Assembly (NCBI GenBank): GCA_028689635.1
Contig: JAQVCU010000005.1
Location: forward strand, 4,791-68,790
DNA from: Oscillospiraceae bacterium
Lineage (GTDB): Bacteria > Bacillota > Clostridia > Oscillospirales > Ruminococcaceae
DNA length: 64,000 nucleotides
Direction of reading: 5' to 3'
Both the position numbers and the translations under genes were made by a program. Below, piece after piece: positions 12,492-21,640 of this stretch (its first letter is position 1; each line of letters starts with the position of its first letter). The notes under the pieces are model-generated. The model was not told the DNA's origin and made no database searches. It saw only the letters and a program-made list of their open reading frames with translations.

Positions 12492-12527
12492 AGAAGCCGA
12501 AGGGATCTCCCTTCGGCTTCTTTTTTT
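12492..12527 (+). terminator. rho-independent terminator after the RND operon
   Basis: AGAAGCCGAAGGGA-TC-TCCCTTCGGCTTCT followed by TTTTTTT. Confidence 0.8.
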
Positions 12528-12643
12528 GTCCGGCGCCCGCCCCTTTGAGCCGCGGGGCGGGGCGCGTTTGCTTCTGATCCACAAAAAAGGACGGGCGCCC
12601 GAAGGCGTCCGTCCTTTTGGAAAAGATAAGGCGGGGAGAGAGC

Positions 12644-13795
12644 TTAGAAAGCGGCTTTGTAAACCTCCAGAACCAGTTCGTGGGTGCAGGGGCGGGGGTT
12701 GCCGCCGGTGCAGACGTCGGCCATGGCGGCGTCCGCCAAAGCGGGAAGATCCGCTTCTTTTACGCCGATCTCCCGGAGGGTCTGGGGGATGTTCACGGCC
12801 TTGGAAAGCTCCCGCACAGCTTTTACAGCGGCGTCGCGGTATTCCTCCTGGGACATCTGATCCACGCCCGAAACGCCCATGGCGCGGGCGATTTCACGGA
12901 ACTTCTCGCCGGTATAATCTTTGTTGAACTCCATCACATAGGGCAGCAGCACCGCATTGGCCACGCCGTGGGGCGTATCGTAAAAGGCGCTGAGGGGATG
13001 GGCCATGCCGTGGACCACGCCCAGGCCGACGTTGGAGAAAGCCATGCCGGTGACGTACTGGCCCAGAGCCATATCGGAGCGGGCGGCGGGATCGTTCTCC
13101 ACAGCTTTGGCCAGGGAGCGGGCGATGAGCTCGATGGCTTTGAGGTTGAGGGTATCGGCCAGCTCCCAGGCGGCCAGAGTGGTATAGCCCTCGATGGCGT
13201 GGGTCAAAGCGTCCATGCCGGTGGCGGCGGTGAGGCCTTTGGGCATGCTGCTCATCATATCGGGGTCTACCACGGCGACCACGGGGATGTCATGGGGATC
13301 CACGCAGACGAACTTGCGGCGTTTTTCCTCGTCGGTGATGACGTAGTTGATGGTGGTCTCAGCGGCAGTGCCGGCGGTGGTGGCCACGGCGATTACCGGT
13401 ACGCTGCGGTGTTTGGTGGGGGCCACGCCCTCCAAAGAGACCACATCGGAAAACTCGGGGTTGTTGATGATGATGCCGATACCTTTGGCGGTATCCTGCG
13501 GGGAGCCGCCGCCGATGGCGATCATGTAATCTGCCCCGGCCTTTTGAAAGGTCGCGACGCCGGCTTTGACCACGGCGACGGAGGGGTTTGCCTTGACGCT
13601 GTCGTAGATCTCATAGGGCAGGTGGGCGGCGTCCAGCAGGTCGGTCACCTTTTTGACCACCTGAAAACGGACCAGATCCGCGTCGGTGACGATCAGCGCT
13701 TTTTTCAGCCCGCGGGAGGTTACCTCGGGGACGATCTCCCGGATCGCGCCGGCGCCGTGATAGGAAGTTTCGTTGAGGATGAAACGGTTTGCCAT
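12644..13795 (-). CDS. fucO: lactaldehyde reductase / iron-containing alcohol dehydrogenase
   Basis: The ORF in the track is 12644..13861. The start is taken at the ATG at 13795 (MANRFILNETSYHGAGAIREI). The sequence looks collinear with E. coli FucO as I recall it (GGGSPQDT, TTAGTAAETTINYVITDEEKRRKFVCVDPHDIP, C-terminal CTGGNPR), giving 383 aa. Confidence 0.85.
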   Translation of the reverse strand: MANRFILNETSYHGAGAIREIVPEVTSRGLKKALIVTDADLVRFQVVKKVTDLLDAAHLPYEIYDSVKANPSVAVVKAGVATFQKAGADYMIAIGGGSPQDTAKGIGIIINNPEFSDVVSLEGVAPTKHRSVPVIAVATTAGTAAETTINYVITDEEKRRKFVCVDPHDIPVVAVVDPDMMSSMPKGLTAATGMDALTHAIEGYTTLAAWELADTLNLKAIELIARSLAKAVENDPAARSDMALGQYVTGMAFSNVGLGVVHGMAHPLSAFYDTPHGVANAVLLPYVMEFNKDYTGEKFREIARAMGVSGVDQMSQEEYRDAAVKAVRELSKAVNIPQTLREIGVKEADLPALADAAMADVCTGGNPRPCTHELVLEVYKAAF

Positions 13796-13946
13796 GATCT
13801 TTCCACTCCTTGTTTTTATAATCAGGCCGCCATGGCCTTGGCTATGATAATATTTTAACAACCAAGGCGCGCAAAAACAAGTGACACAATGGCGCGAATG
13901 TCACATCCTCCGTTATTTTACGCCGTTTTTTACCGTCTATTCATTT

Positions 13947-14492
13947 TTACAGGTCGGAAAGAAGGCCTTCCAGCCGTGGGGGAAGGGCCTGGATCAACAG
14001 ATCCACCACCTCGTCCACCGGCAGGGGCATGCCGCCGGTCACCCATTCCACCGTCATGTGGATGGAGCCGCGGCAGTACATCTCCAGCAGAAAGGCGATC
14101 TCCGGTTCCAAAGGCCCCCCGGTTTTCCGGGTGATGACGTCGGTATAAAATTTGAGGATGCATTCGTAATCGTAGGCCATGAGGGAGTTGTGATCCTGGG
14201 AGCGGAAGGCCTGGTTAAAAAAGCACCACTCTGCGCGGATAAACTGGAATTTTTTCTGTAGCCCCTCCCGCAAAGTGAGGCTGACCCCGATCTGGCGGAA
14301 GGATTTTTGCACCAGCTGCTCGAAATGCCAGTTGACCAGGTCGTATTTGTCGCGGAAATTGCGATAGAAAGTCTGGCGGGTCACGCCGCTGTCCCGCACC
14401 AGGTCGGTGACGGTGATCTTATCCAGGGGAGTGGTCTCCATCCGCTTTTGGATGGCCTGGGCCAGCCGGAGCTTGCTGTTGACAGGTTCCAT
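13947..14492 (-). CDS. TetR/AcrR-family regulator (DhaS-like)
   Basis: The ORF in the track is 13947..14600. The likely start is the ATG at 14492 (MEPVNSKLRLAQAI), after AAAGGAGG. The HTH reads ITVTDLVRDSGVTRQTFYRNFRDKYDLVNW. Confidence 0.8.
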   Translation of the reverse strand: MEPVNSKLRLAQAIQKRMETTPLDKITVTDLVRDSGVTRQTFYRNFRDKYDLVNWHFEQLVQKSFRQIGVSLTLREGLQKKFQFIRAEWCFFNQAFRSQDHNSLMAYDYECILKFYTDVITRKTGGPLEPEIAFLLEMYCRGSIHMTVEWVTGGMPLPVDEVVDLLIQALPPRLEGLLSDL

Positions 14493-14885
14493 AAAAGGGG
14501 GCCTCCTTTTGCCTGCGGGCGGCGTCTGAAAGGGCGCTTTGCAAGGCGCATGGCTTTGATAAAACCGCTTTTTTTCATCATAATGGATTTCGGTGGGCAA
14601 TGCAAGGCAACGCCGCCCGCGGCAGGGACGGGAGAAAAGCGTCTGCCGTTATTTTACAAGGCGCGCAAGTTATAAACATCCGTTATCACTTAATATAATT
14701 AATCAATAAAGAAATATAGTAAATAAAACAACCGGAACCGCCGAAAAAATTCCGGTTTAACAACAAAGCTGTTTAATAAAAAACGGTTGTGAACGGCCCG
14801 GCTTCCAAAGGGAAAACTGCTTTGCTATAATAACAAAAGAAAGCGCAGGCTTTATTTGATAAAGTCCGTTTGGAGGGGTGTATCG

Positions 14886-16466
14886 ATGCAGGACGTGGGG
14901 TTCTGGTCCCTGGTCCCGCCGCTGGTGGCCATTGTGCTGGCGGTGCTGACCAAGGAGGTCATTTTTTCGCTTTTGTGTGGGATCCTGTCGGGGACGGCCA
15001 TCTACGCGGTGGCCAACCATCTGGGGACCATGGGCTGCTTTTCCACCACGGTGGAGCTGATGACCACCAAGCTGGGCGGCAACGCCGCCATGATCCTCTT
15101 TTTGGCCATGCTGGGGGCGCTGGTGGCGGTCATCACCGAAGCGGGCGGATCCCGGGCTTATGCCGATTGGGCGGCGGGCCGGTTTAAAAACCGCCGGACG
15201 GCCACGGTGGCCACGGCGCTGTTCAGCGTATTCCTTTTTATCGACGATTATTTTAACTGCATCACCAGCGGCACGGTGATGCGTCCGGTCACCGACCGCT
15301 TCGGCGTTTCCCGGGAAAAACTCTCTTATATTGTGGATATGATGGCGGCATCGGCCGCTATTTTGGCGCCGATCTCTTCCTGGGCGGCGTCGGTCATGTC
15401 CTATATCCCCGTGCGGGACGGGATGACCGGGATGCAGGCTTTCCTGCAGGCGGCCCCCATGAACCTTTACGCCGTGGGCACGCTGTTCATGGTGTTTTGG
15501 ATCTGCATCCGCAAAAAAGGGGATTACGGCCCCATGGCGGCGGCGGAAGCCCGCGCCCAGCGTTTTGGCCCGGCGCAGGAGAACGCGGATGAGCTGGAAA
15601 AGCTGGAGGTGGGCCAGGAGGGCAAGGTGATCGACCTGGTGCTGCCCATCGGCGCCCTGATCGTTTTCTCTATCCTTGCCATGCTGTACGTGGGGGGCTA
15701 CTGGTCTGGCGAGGGCCTTAGCCTGGTGGAGGCCTTTGGCGCCACCGACGCGCCTACCGCCCTGGCCCTGGCGGGCTTCGGTTCCTTATTGGTGGCGTTT
15801 TTCCTGTTCACCCTGCGCAAAAAAATGACCTTTGGCGGGTTTTTCCTGGCCGTGGGCAACGGGGTCAAATCCATGGTGGCGCCCTGCATCATCCTCACCC
15901 TGGCCTGGAGCATCAGCGGCGTCTGCCGGGAGCTGTTGGGTACCGGGAGTTATGTGGCCCGCCTGGTGGCCGGCTCCGGCATGCCCGTCCAGATCCTGCC
16001 CGCCATCGTCATGATCGTGGCGGGGCTGCTGGCCTTCGCCACCGGTACCTCCTGGGGGACCTTTGGGATCCTGATCCCCATTGTGGTCACCATCTGCGAA
16101 CAGGTGGCCCCGGAGCTCACCATCACCGCCCTCTCCGCCGTGCTGGCCGGCTCGGTCTTTGGCGACCAGGTCTCTCCCATCTCCGATGTGGTCATCCTCT
16201 CCTCCGCTTCGGCGGGCTGCGAGATGATGCGCCATGTGGTGACCCAGCTGCCCTATGCCCTAACGGTGGCCCTGTGCGCCGCAGTGGGTTATCTGATGGC
16301 CGGGTTTACCGTGGGGCTGGGGTACGGGGTCAGCCTGATCCTCACCCTGGCGGTGTTCTTCACTCTGCTGGTGGCCTGCCTGCTGATCCTGCCCAGAGCG
16401 CTGCCCGGCGTCCAAAAAGAACCGGCGGCGGAGATCCTGGAGGGGGAAGAGGCCGTGGCGGAATAG
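14886..16466 (+). CDS. Na+/H+ antiporter NhaC-family membrane transporter
   Basis: The ORF in the track is 14856..16466. The likely start is the ATG at 14886 (MQDVGFWSLVPP), after GGAGGGG. It is polytopic and hydrophobic throughout. The family call comes from overall resemblance, not a diagnostic motif. Confidence 0.65.
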   Translation: MQDVGFWSLVPPLVAIVLAVLTKEVIFSLLCGILSGTAIYAVANHLGTMGCFSTTVELMTTKLGGNAAMILFLAMLGALVAVITEAGGSRAYADWAAGRFKNRRTATVATALFSVFLFIDDYFNCITSGTVMRPVTDRFGVSREKLSYIVDMMAASAAILAPISSWAASVMSYIPVRDGMTGMQAFLQAAPMNLYAVGTLFMVFWICIRKKGDYGPMAAAEARAQRFGPAQENADELEKLEVGQEGKVIDLVLPIGALIVFSILAMLYVGGYWSGEGLSLVEAFGATDAPTALALAGFGSLLVAFFLFTLRKKMTFGGFFLAVGNGVKSMVAPCIILTLAWSISGVCRELLGTGSYVARLVAGSGMPVQILPAIVMIVAGLLAFATGTSWGTFGILIPIVVTICEQVAPELTITALSAVLAGSVFGDQVSPISDVVILSSASAGCEMMRHVVTQLPYALTVALCAAVGYLMAGFTVGLGYGVSLILTLAVFFTLLVACLLILPRALPGVQKEPAAEILEGEEAVAE

Positions 16467-16493
16467 CCCGGGCGTTTTTCAAAAAAACATTTT

Positions 16494-16526
16494 GGCGCTT
16501 CGAAAATTTTTCGAAGCGCCTTTTTT
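16494..16526 (+). terminator. rho-independent terminator after the nhaC-like gene
   Basis: GGCGCTTCGAAAA-T-TTTTCGAAGCGCC followed by TTTTTT. Confidence 0.8.
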
Positions 16527-16567
16527 GCGGCTGTGGCCTCAAAAAATGAAAACGTTAACATTTTCTA

Positions 16568-16596
16568 TTGACAGAGATTTTTCCCGTGTTTATAAT
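16568..16596 (+). promoter_or_regulatory. consensus sigma-A promoter upstream of the M81 peptidase pair
   Basis: TTGACA (16568..16573), a 17-nt spacer, then TATAAT (16591..16596). Both hexamers match the consensus perfectly. About 165 nt of leader follows. Confidence 0.7.
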
Positions 16597-16760
16597 AGAA
16601 GAAAAGAATATGGCGCGGGGCGTAAACCGCTTCCTGTACAACGACGTACCTGAATGCATGAGATGGCGGCAGGTGCGTTTTATTTTTCGGGCCCCGTCTT
16701 CGTGCCTCGATTGGAAACGTTTTCCGGCCCGCCATCGGAAAAAGAGAAAGGAAGGCCAAG

Positions 16761-18227
16761 ATGAAAGTATTGATCGGCTCTGTCACCCATGAATCCAACA
16801 TGTTCACCCAGATCCTCACAGAGAAGGAGGATTTCCACTACTTCTTTGACGAGAAGATGATCGAGAAAAGCTACTGCGGGGATATTTTCGCCGCGGCAGG
16901 CGTAGAGGTGATCCCCACGGTGGCGGCCCACGGCGGCGCCCGTGGCTATGTCAAGCATGAAGCCTATGAGTATATCAGGGAACAAATTATCCCCAAAGCA
17001 AAAGAACACCGGGACGAACTGGACGGGATCTATCTCTTCCTCCACGGCGCCAGCCATATTGTGGATCTGCCCGGGGATTCCATGGAGCACGCCCTGCTGG
17101 AAGAGATCCGCGGGATCGTGGGGCCCTCCATGCCCATCGGCGTTTCCATGGATCCCCACGGCAACGTCTCCGCCCGTATGTGCGAGCTGGCCAACGTGGT
17201 GCGCTGCTTCCGGGAATCCCCCCATATCGACCAGAAGGAGACCATCCGCCATACGGCGGAGCTGTTCCTCAGGATCATGAAGGAAGGGAAAAAGGTGCAC
17301 CCGGCTTTTGCCCCTGTGCCGATCCTCATCGGCGGGGAGCGCTGCGTCTCCTTTGAGGAGCCCCTGTGCCTGATCAACGAGCGGCTCAACGAGGCGGAAA
17401 AGATCCCCGGCATCATGAGCGCCTCCTACCATGTGGGCTTTGCCTGGGCGGATAGCCCCCTGTGCACCGCCGCCGTGGTGGTGGTGCCGGAAAGCGAAGA
17501 GTACGCCGCCCTGGCGCAGAAGACCGCCGATGAGCTGGCGGATTACGCCTTCTCCAAACGGTTCGATTTCCACTTTACCGGAAATGCCCTCCCGGCAAAG
17601 GAGGCCTGGGAAAAGGCCTATGCCTTCCCCGGCTCCCCGGTGTTTGTCTCCGATTCCGGCGACAATGTCACTGCCGGGGCCCTGGGCTTTAACACCGTGG
17701 CCCTGCGCCAGATCCTGGCGGCGGACCGCCACGGGAAAAAGACCCTTATCGCCAGCATCTTCGATGAGCCTTGCTTTAGGTATCTCGCCCGGTTCCCGGT
17801 TGGGGCCGAGGTGGAATTCTCTGTAGGCACCGGCATCGACGCGGACGCCGCCCCCGTCCCGGTCAAAGGGAAGATCAAGGCCCGCGGCGATATCATGGGA
17901 TTCTTCAACATGGGCCGCTCCATCAAACAGGGCGAAGGCGTGGTGGTTTCCCTGGGGGATATCGACCTGATCATCGCCAACGACAACACCTCCTTTGCGG
18001 AGCTGGATCAGTTTGCCGCCATGCATGTCGATTATAAAGAATATGGCGTCATCATCATCAAACAGGGCTACCTGTTCCCGGAGCTGAAGGAAGTGGCGGC
18101 CTGGTCCACCATGGCCCTGACCCCCGGCGCCACCGACCAGCTGACCGAGAACTTTGATTACAAGACCATCCACCGCCCCATGTTCCCTGTGGATAAGGAC
18201 TTTACCAACCGCTTGGAAAACTATTAA
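16761..18227 (+). CDS. M81-family metallopeptidase (MlrC-like), paralog 1
   Basis: 488-aa ORF starting MKVLIGSVTHESNMFT, after AAGGAAGG. It has the MlrC-type N- and C-domain layout (LFLHGASHIVDLPGDS, GGERCVSFEEPL, KQGYLFPELK). Confidence 0.75.
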   Translation: MKVLIGSVTHESNMFTQILTEKEDFHYFFDEKMIEKSYCGDIFAAAGVEVIPTVAAHGGARGYVKHEAYEYIREQIIPKAKEHRDELDGIYLFLHGASHIVDLPGDSMEHALLEEIRGIVGPSMPIGVSMDPHGNVSARMCELANVVRCFRESPHIDQKETIRHTAELFLRIMKEGKKVHPAFAPVPILIGGERCVSFEEPLCLINERLNEAEKIPGIMSASYHVGFAWADSPLCTAAVVVVPESEEYAALAQKTADELADYAFSKRFDFHFTGNALPAKEAWEKAYAFPGSPVFVSDSGDNVTAGALGFNTVALRQILAADRHGKKTLIASIFDEPCFRYLARFPVGAEVEFSVGTGIDADAAPVPVKGKIKARGDIMGFFNMGRSIKQGEGVVVSLGDIDLIIANDNTSFAELDQFAAMHVDYKEYGVIIIKQGYLFPELKEVAAWSTMALTPGATDQLTENFDYKTIHRPMFPVDKDFTNRLENY

Positions 18228-18248
18228 AAGAAAGAGGCAGCCATAGCC

Positions 18249-19700
18249 ATGAAAGTATTGACTTGTAGTTTCACCCATGAATCCAACATGTTTACCCCGG
18301 AGCTCAGCGATCTGGACTCCTTTGACCTTTTTTACGTCGACGAAATGCTGGAAAAAAGTTTTGTCAAAGATATTTTTGAGGAGGAGGGCATCGAGCTCAT
18401 CCCCACCATCTACGCCTATGGCGGCGCCCGGGGCTATGTTAAGCGCGAGGCCTTCGATTACATCGCCAAATGCATCCTGGACGGCGTGCGGGAGCACAAG
18501 GACGAGCTGGACGGCATGTTCCTGTTTCTCCACGGAGCCAGCCATATCGTAGATCTTCCCGGGGATTCCGGCGAGCCTTATATCCTGGAAGAGATCCGCA
18601 AGATCGTGGGCTGGGAAATGCCCATCGCCGTTGCCATGGATCCCCACGGTAACGTGAACCCCCGCTATACAGAGCTGGCCAACATCGTGCGCTGCTACCG
18701 GGAGAGCCCCCACACCGACAGCACCGAGACCAAACGCCACGTGGCGCGGCTGCTGATCCGAATGATCAAAAACAAAGGGAAGACCCATCCGGTCTACGCC
18801 CGGGTGCCCATTTTGGTGGGCGGGGAGCGCTGCGTCTCCTTTGAGGAGCCCCTGAACCTGATCAACAAAAAGCTGGACGAGGCGGAGAAGATCCCCGGCA
18901 TCATGAGCACCTCCTACCACGTGGGCTTTGCCTGGGCGGACAGCCCTATGTGCTGCGCCGGGGTCATGGTGGTGCCCGAGGAGGAATCCGGACGGGAGAT
19001 GGCCCAGAAGGTGGCTGACGACCTGGCGGATTTCGCCTTTTCCAAGCGCTTCGATTTTCACTTTACCGGCAACGCCATGGAGATGGAGCGGGCCATGGAC
19101 GAGGCCATCGCCTACCCCAAAGGGCCGGTGTTCCTTTCCGACGCCGGAGATAACACCACCGCCGGGGCCATCGGGGTCAACACCGTGGTGCTGCGCCAGC
19201 TGCTTTCCCGGGATCTGAAGGGGAAACGGGCCCTCATCGCCACCATCTACGACCGGAAGGCCTGCGCCGCGCTGGCACAGGGCCAGGTGGGCGAGACGGC
19301 GGAGCTGGACGTGGGCGCCGGCATCGATCAAAACAGCGCGCCGGTCCATCTGAAGGGGGTCATCCAGGCCAAAGGAAGGGTACACAGCTACATGGCCGGG
19401 GTGGAAAACCTGGGCGATGTGGTCACCTTGCGGGTAGGCGGCGTGGATGTGGCTGTAGCCGATAACTGCAAATCCTTTGCCATCCGGCACCAATTTGAGG
19501 GTGCGGGATTGGAGATGGAGGACTACGATATCATCGTGGTCAAACAGGGCTATCTGTTCCCCGAGCTGAAAAAGGCGGCGGCCTGGTCCGTTATGTCCCT
19601 GACCCCCGGCCCCACCGACCAGCTGACGGAAAACTTTGACTACAAGACCATTCACCGGCCCATGTTCCCCGTGGATCGGGATTTTACTTCCCGGGTGTGA
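18249..19700 (+). CDS. M81-family metallopeptidase (MlrC-like), paralog 2
   Basis: 483-aa ORF starting MKVLTCSFTHESNMFT. It is collinear with paralog 1 and shares many identical blocks. It starts 21 nt after paralog 1. Confidence 0.75.
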   Translation: MKVLTCSFTHESNMFTPELSDLDSFDLFYVDEMLEKSFVKDIFEEEGIELIPTIYAYGGARGYVKREAFDYIAKCILDGVREHKDELDGMFLFLHGASHIVDLPGDSGEPYILEEIRKIVGWEMPIAVAMDPHGNVNPRYTELANIVRCYRESPHTDSTETKRHVARLLIRMIKNKGKTHPVYARVPILVGGERCVSFEEPLNLINKKLDEAEKIPGIMSTSYHVGFAWADSPMCCAGVMVVPEEESGREMAQKVADDLADFAFSKRFDFHFTGNAMEMERAMDEAIAYPKGPVFLSDAGDNTTAGAIGVNTVVLRQLLSRDLKGKRALIATIYDRKACAALAQGQVGETAELDVGAGIDQNSAPVHLKGVIQAKGRVHSYMAGVENLGDVVTLRVGGVDVAVADNCKSFAIRHQFEGAGLEMEDYDIIVVKQGYLFPELKKAAAWSVMSLTPGPTDQLTENFDYKTIHRPMFPVDRDFTSRV

Positions 19701-19715
19701 CCAAAAGCGAAAATA

Positions 19716-19757
19716 AAACCGGCCGGAGCCAAAAGGCTCCGGCCGGTTTTGTTTTTG
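19716..19757 (+). terminator. rho-independent terminator after the M81 pair
   Basis: AAACCGGCCGGAGCC-AAAA-GGCTCCGGCCGGTTT followed by TGTTTTT. Confidence 0.85.
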
Positions 19758-19827
19758 GAAAAGCGGGGCGGCAAGGGGGCAAAAAAGCCGCCGGGATCCG
19801 GCGGCTTTAACGGTCAAACAGGGAAGG

Positions 19828-21183
19828 TCACGTCCGGGGCTGGTTTTCTTCCGCAGGGGGCTCCGGGAGCTTTTTTTCCGCCCGCACACGGGCGATGCGG
19901 CGGTCCTCCACCTGCATCACGGTAAATTCCACGCCGTCTACGGTGACCGAAGGATGTTCGTCCTCCCCGGGAATGCGGCCCAGGATATCGGTGATCAGGC
20001 CGCCCAGGGTGTCGCAGTCGGTGTCCTCGGGGATCTCGATCTCCAGCAGGCGGGAGACCTCTTCCAGGTCGATGGAGCCGTCGATGGTAAAGACGCCATC
20101 GGAGATGCGGGAGACTTCCTCTTCCTCATCGTCGTATTCATCCTGGATATTGCCGACGATGGATTCCAGCAGATCTTCCATGGTGACGATACCGGAAGTG
20201 CCGCCGTATTCGTCCACCACCACCGCCATCTGCACCTTTTTCTCCTGAAACTCCCGAAACAGATCCTTGCAGCGGTTGGATTCCGGGACATAAAGGGCGG
20301 GCCGCATCAGATCCCGGATCTTCAGCTCCTCGGTGCCCGACTTGCCCCAATAGGGCAGCAGATCCTTGGCGTACAGCACCCCCACGATATCGTCCAGGGT
20401 GTCCTCGTAAACGGGGATGCGGGAAAAGCCCTCTTCCACGGCAATTTTCAGCACGTCATCCAGGGTGTCCTCGTCGGCCTCCACCCCGAGGATCTCGGTG
20501 CGGTGGGTCATAACGTCCTCGGCGGTGCGGTCGTCAAATTCGAAGATGTTGTTGATCATCTCCCGGTCGCTTTCCTCAATGACGCCCCGTTCGTTGCCCA
20601 CATCCACCATCATGCGGATCTCCTCCTCGGTGACCTCTTCCGGGTCGTCGTGGGGGTTGATGCCGAAAAGGCGCACGATGCCGTCGGTAGTTTTAGAAAG
20701 CAAAAGCACAAAGGGCTTCTCCACGGCGGCCAAAAAGGCCAGGGAACCGCAGACGGCGTAGGCTACCTTTTCCGGATACTTCATGGCGATGCGTTTGGGC
20801 ACCAGCTCCCCGAACACCAGGGTGAAGAAGGAGAGCAGTATGGTGATCACCACCAGGGAAGCCGTGCGGAGCCAGGCGTAGGAGAGGCCCGTAAAGGCCA
20901 GGGCAGTAGCCATGGGCCCGGCGAAGGTATCCGCCGCTACGGCGGAAGCCAGCAGCCCGGAAAGGGTGACCCCCACCTGGATGGTGGAAAGGAAACGGGA
21001 GGGGATCTCCAGCAGGCGCAGCAGCCGGCGGGATTTTTTGTCCCCGTCCTCCGCCTGTTTCTTCAGGCGGGCGTCGTTGAGGCCGATGATGGCGATCTCG
21101 CTCATGGCAAAATAGGCGTTCACCGCGATGAGCAGCACCAAAAGCGCCAGGTAAACCAATATATTACTGTCAGGGTCAGGCAT
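19828..21183 (-). CDS. hemolysin-family protein (DUF21 - CBS pair - CorC/HlyC domain; TlyC/CorC-like)
   Basis: The ORF in the track is 19828..21288. The likely start is the ATG at 21183 (MPDPDSNILVYLALLVLLI). It has an N-terminal 4-TM DUF21 region, CBS-pair motifs and a C-terminal transporter-associated domain. Confidence 0.8.
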   Translation of the reverse strand: MPDPDSNILVYLALLVLLIAVNAYFAMSEIAIIGLNDARLKKQAEDGDKKSRRLLRLLEIPSRFLSTIQVGVTLSGLLASAVAADTFAGPMATALAFTGLSYAWLRTASLVVITILLSFFTLVFGELVPKRIAMKYPEKVAYAVCGSLAFLAAVEKPFVLLLSKTTDGIVRLFGINPHDDPEEVTEEEIRMMVDVGNERGVIEESDREMINNIFEFDDRTAEDVMTHRTEILGVEADEDTLDDVLKIAVEEGFSRIPVYEDTLDDIVGVLYAKDLLPYWGKSGTEELKIRDLMRPALYVPESNRCKDLFREFQEKKVQMAVVVDEYGGTSGIVTMEDLLESIVGNIQDEYDDEEEEVSRISDGVFTIDGSIDLEEVSRLLEIEIPEDTDCDTLGGLITDILGRIPGEDEHPSVTVDGVEFTVMQVEDRRIARVRAEKKLPEPPAEENQPRT

Positions 21184-21504
21184 TTCTTTACTCCTTTTTT
21201 GGGCGCCGGGCGGCATAGCCGCTCCGGTCTGTTTTTTTATATGGGCGCCGCCATCGCGGATCTTCCCCGCGGGGACAGCCACCCTCACTATATCTGTAAT
21301 GATACTATATCCGCGGCTTCGCTGTCAATTTCCGGGAAATCGCCTGAGGGCTCGTGCGGGTACCTGAGGGGCCACGGCGGCCCGGCAAAGGCGCGGAAAA
21401 GCACAGATTTCCATCTTTTTAAAGGGAAAAGCCCCAATAAAAAGAATTTTGGCCGCGAGAATGAAAACAATTCGTAAAATGGCGTCGAATTTGCTGTTTT
21501 CTTA

Positions 21505-21533
21505 TTTACAGTCGGGGGGAAAAGTGTTAAACT
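21505..21533 (+). promoter_or_regulatory. candidate promoter of nifJ
   Basis: TTTACA, a 17-nt spacer, then TGtTAAACT (extended -10). About 105 nt upstream of the start codon. Confidence 0.35.
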
Positions 21534-21640
21534 TTACCCGGTGAAGTCTTTTCCTGCGCCATTTTCCGGGGAACGGCGGGCGCTGAGAAAAGATAACTCC
21601 TGCATTTGATGCAGAAACAAATAGGGAGGAATAAAGAACT

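Noticed and set aside
9313-12582. A 1089-aa minus-strand ORF antisense to the RND permease. Similar long antisense ORFs occur at 2169..3935 (+, over dnaK), 8013..9527 (-), 12617..13858 (+, over fucO), 16680..19889 (-, spanning both M81 genes), 19954..21477 (+), 21527..25270 (-, 1247 aa over nifJ), 44687..46072 (+) and 29507..30826 (-).
   Set aside because: Stop-poor antisense frames are typical of GC-rich DNA. The translations are low-complexity G/A/R/H/D-rich strings with no recognisable motifs and no RBS. The opposite strand in each case encodes a protein with unmistakable family signatures.
14681-14760. The AT-rich stretch TTAATATAATTAATCAATAAAGAAATATAG and the hairpin AACCGGAA-N12-TTCCGGTT between tetR and the nhaC-like gene, considered as an operator, an IS end or a small RNA.
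   Set aside because: It holds only an imperfect palindrome and an ordinary AT-rich divergent promoter region, with no repeats elsewhere in the window and nothing distinctive enough to call.
16597-16760. The leader of the M81 operon, considered as a known riboswitch or T-box.
   Set aside because: I could not recognise any conserved riboswitch core or a T-box specifier/T-box sequence by eye. It is kept only as a structured-leader remark.
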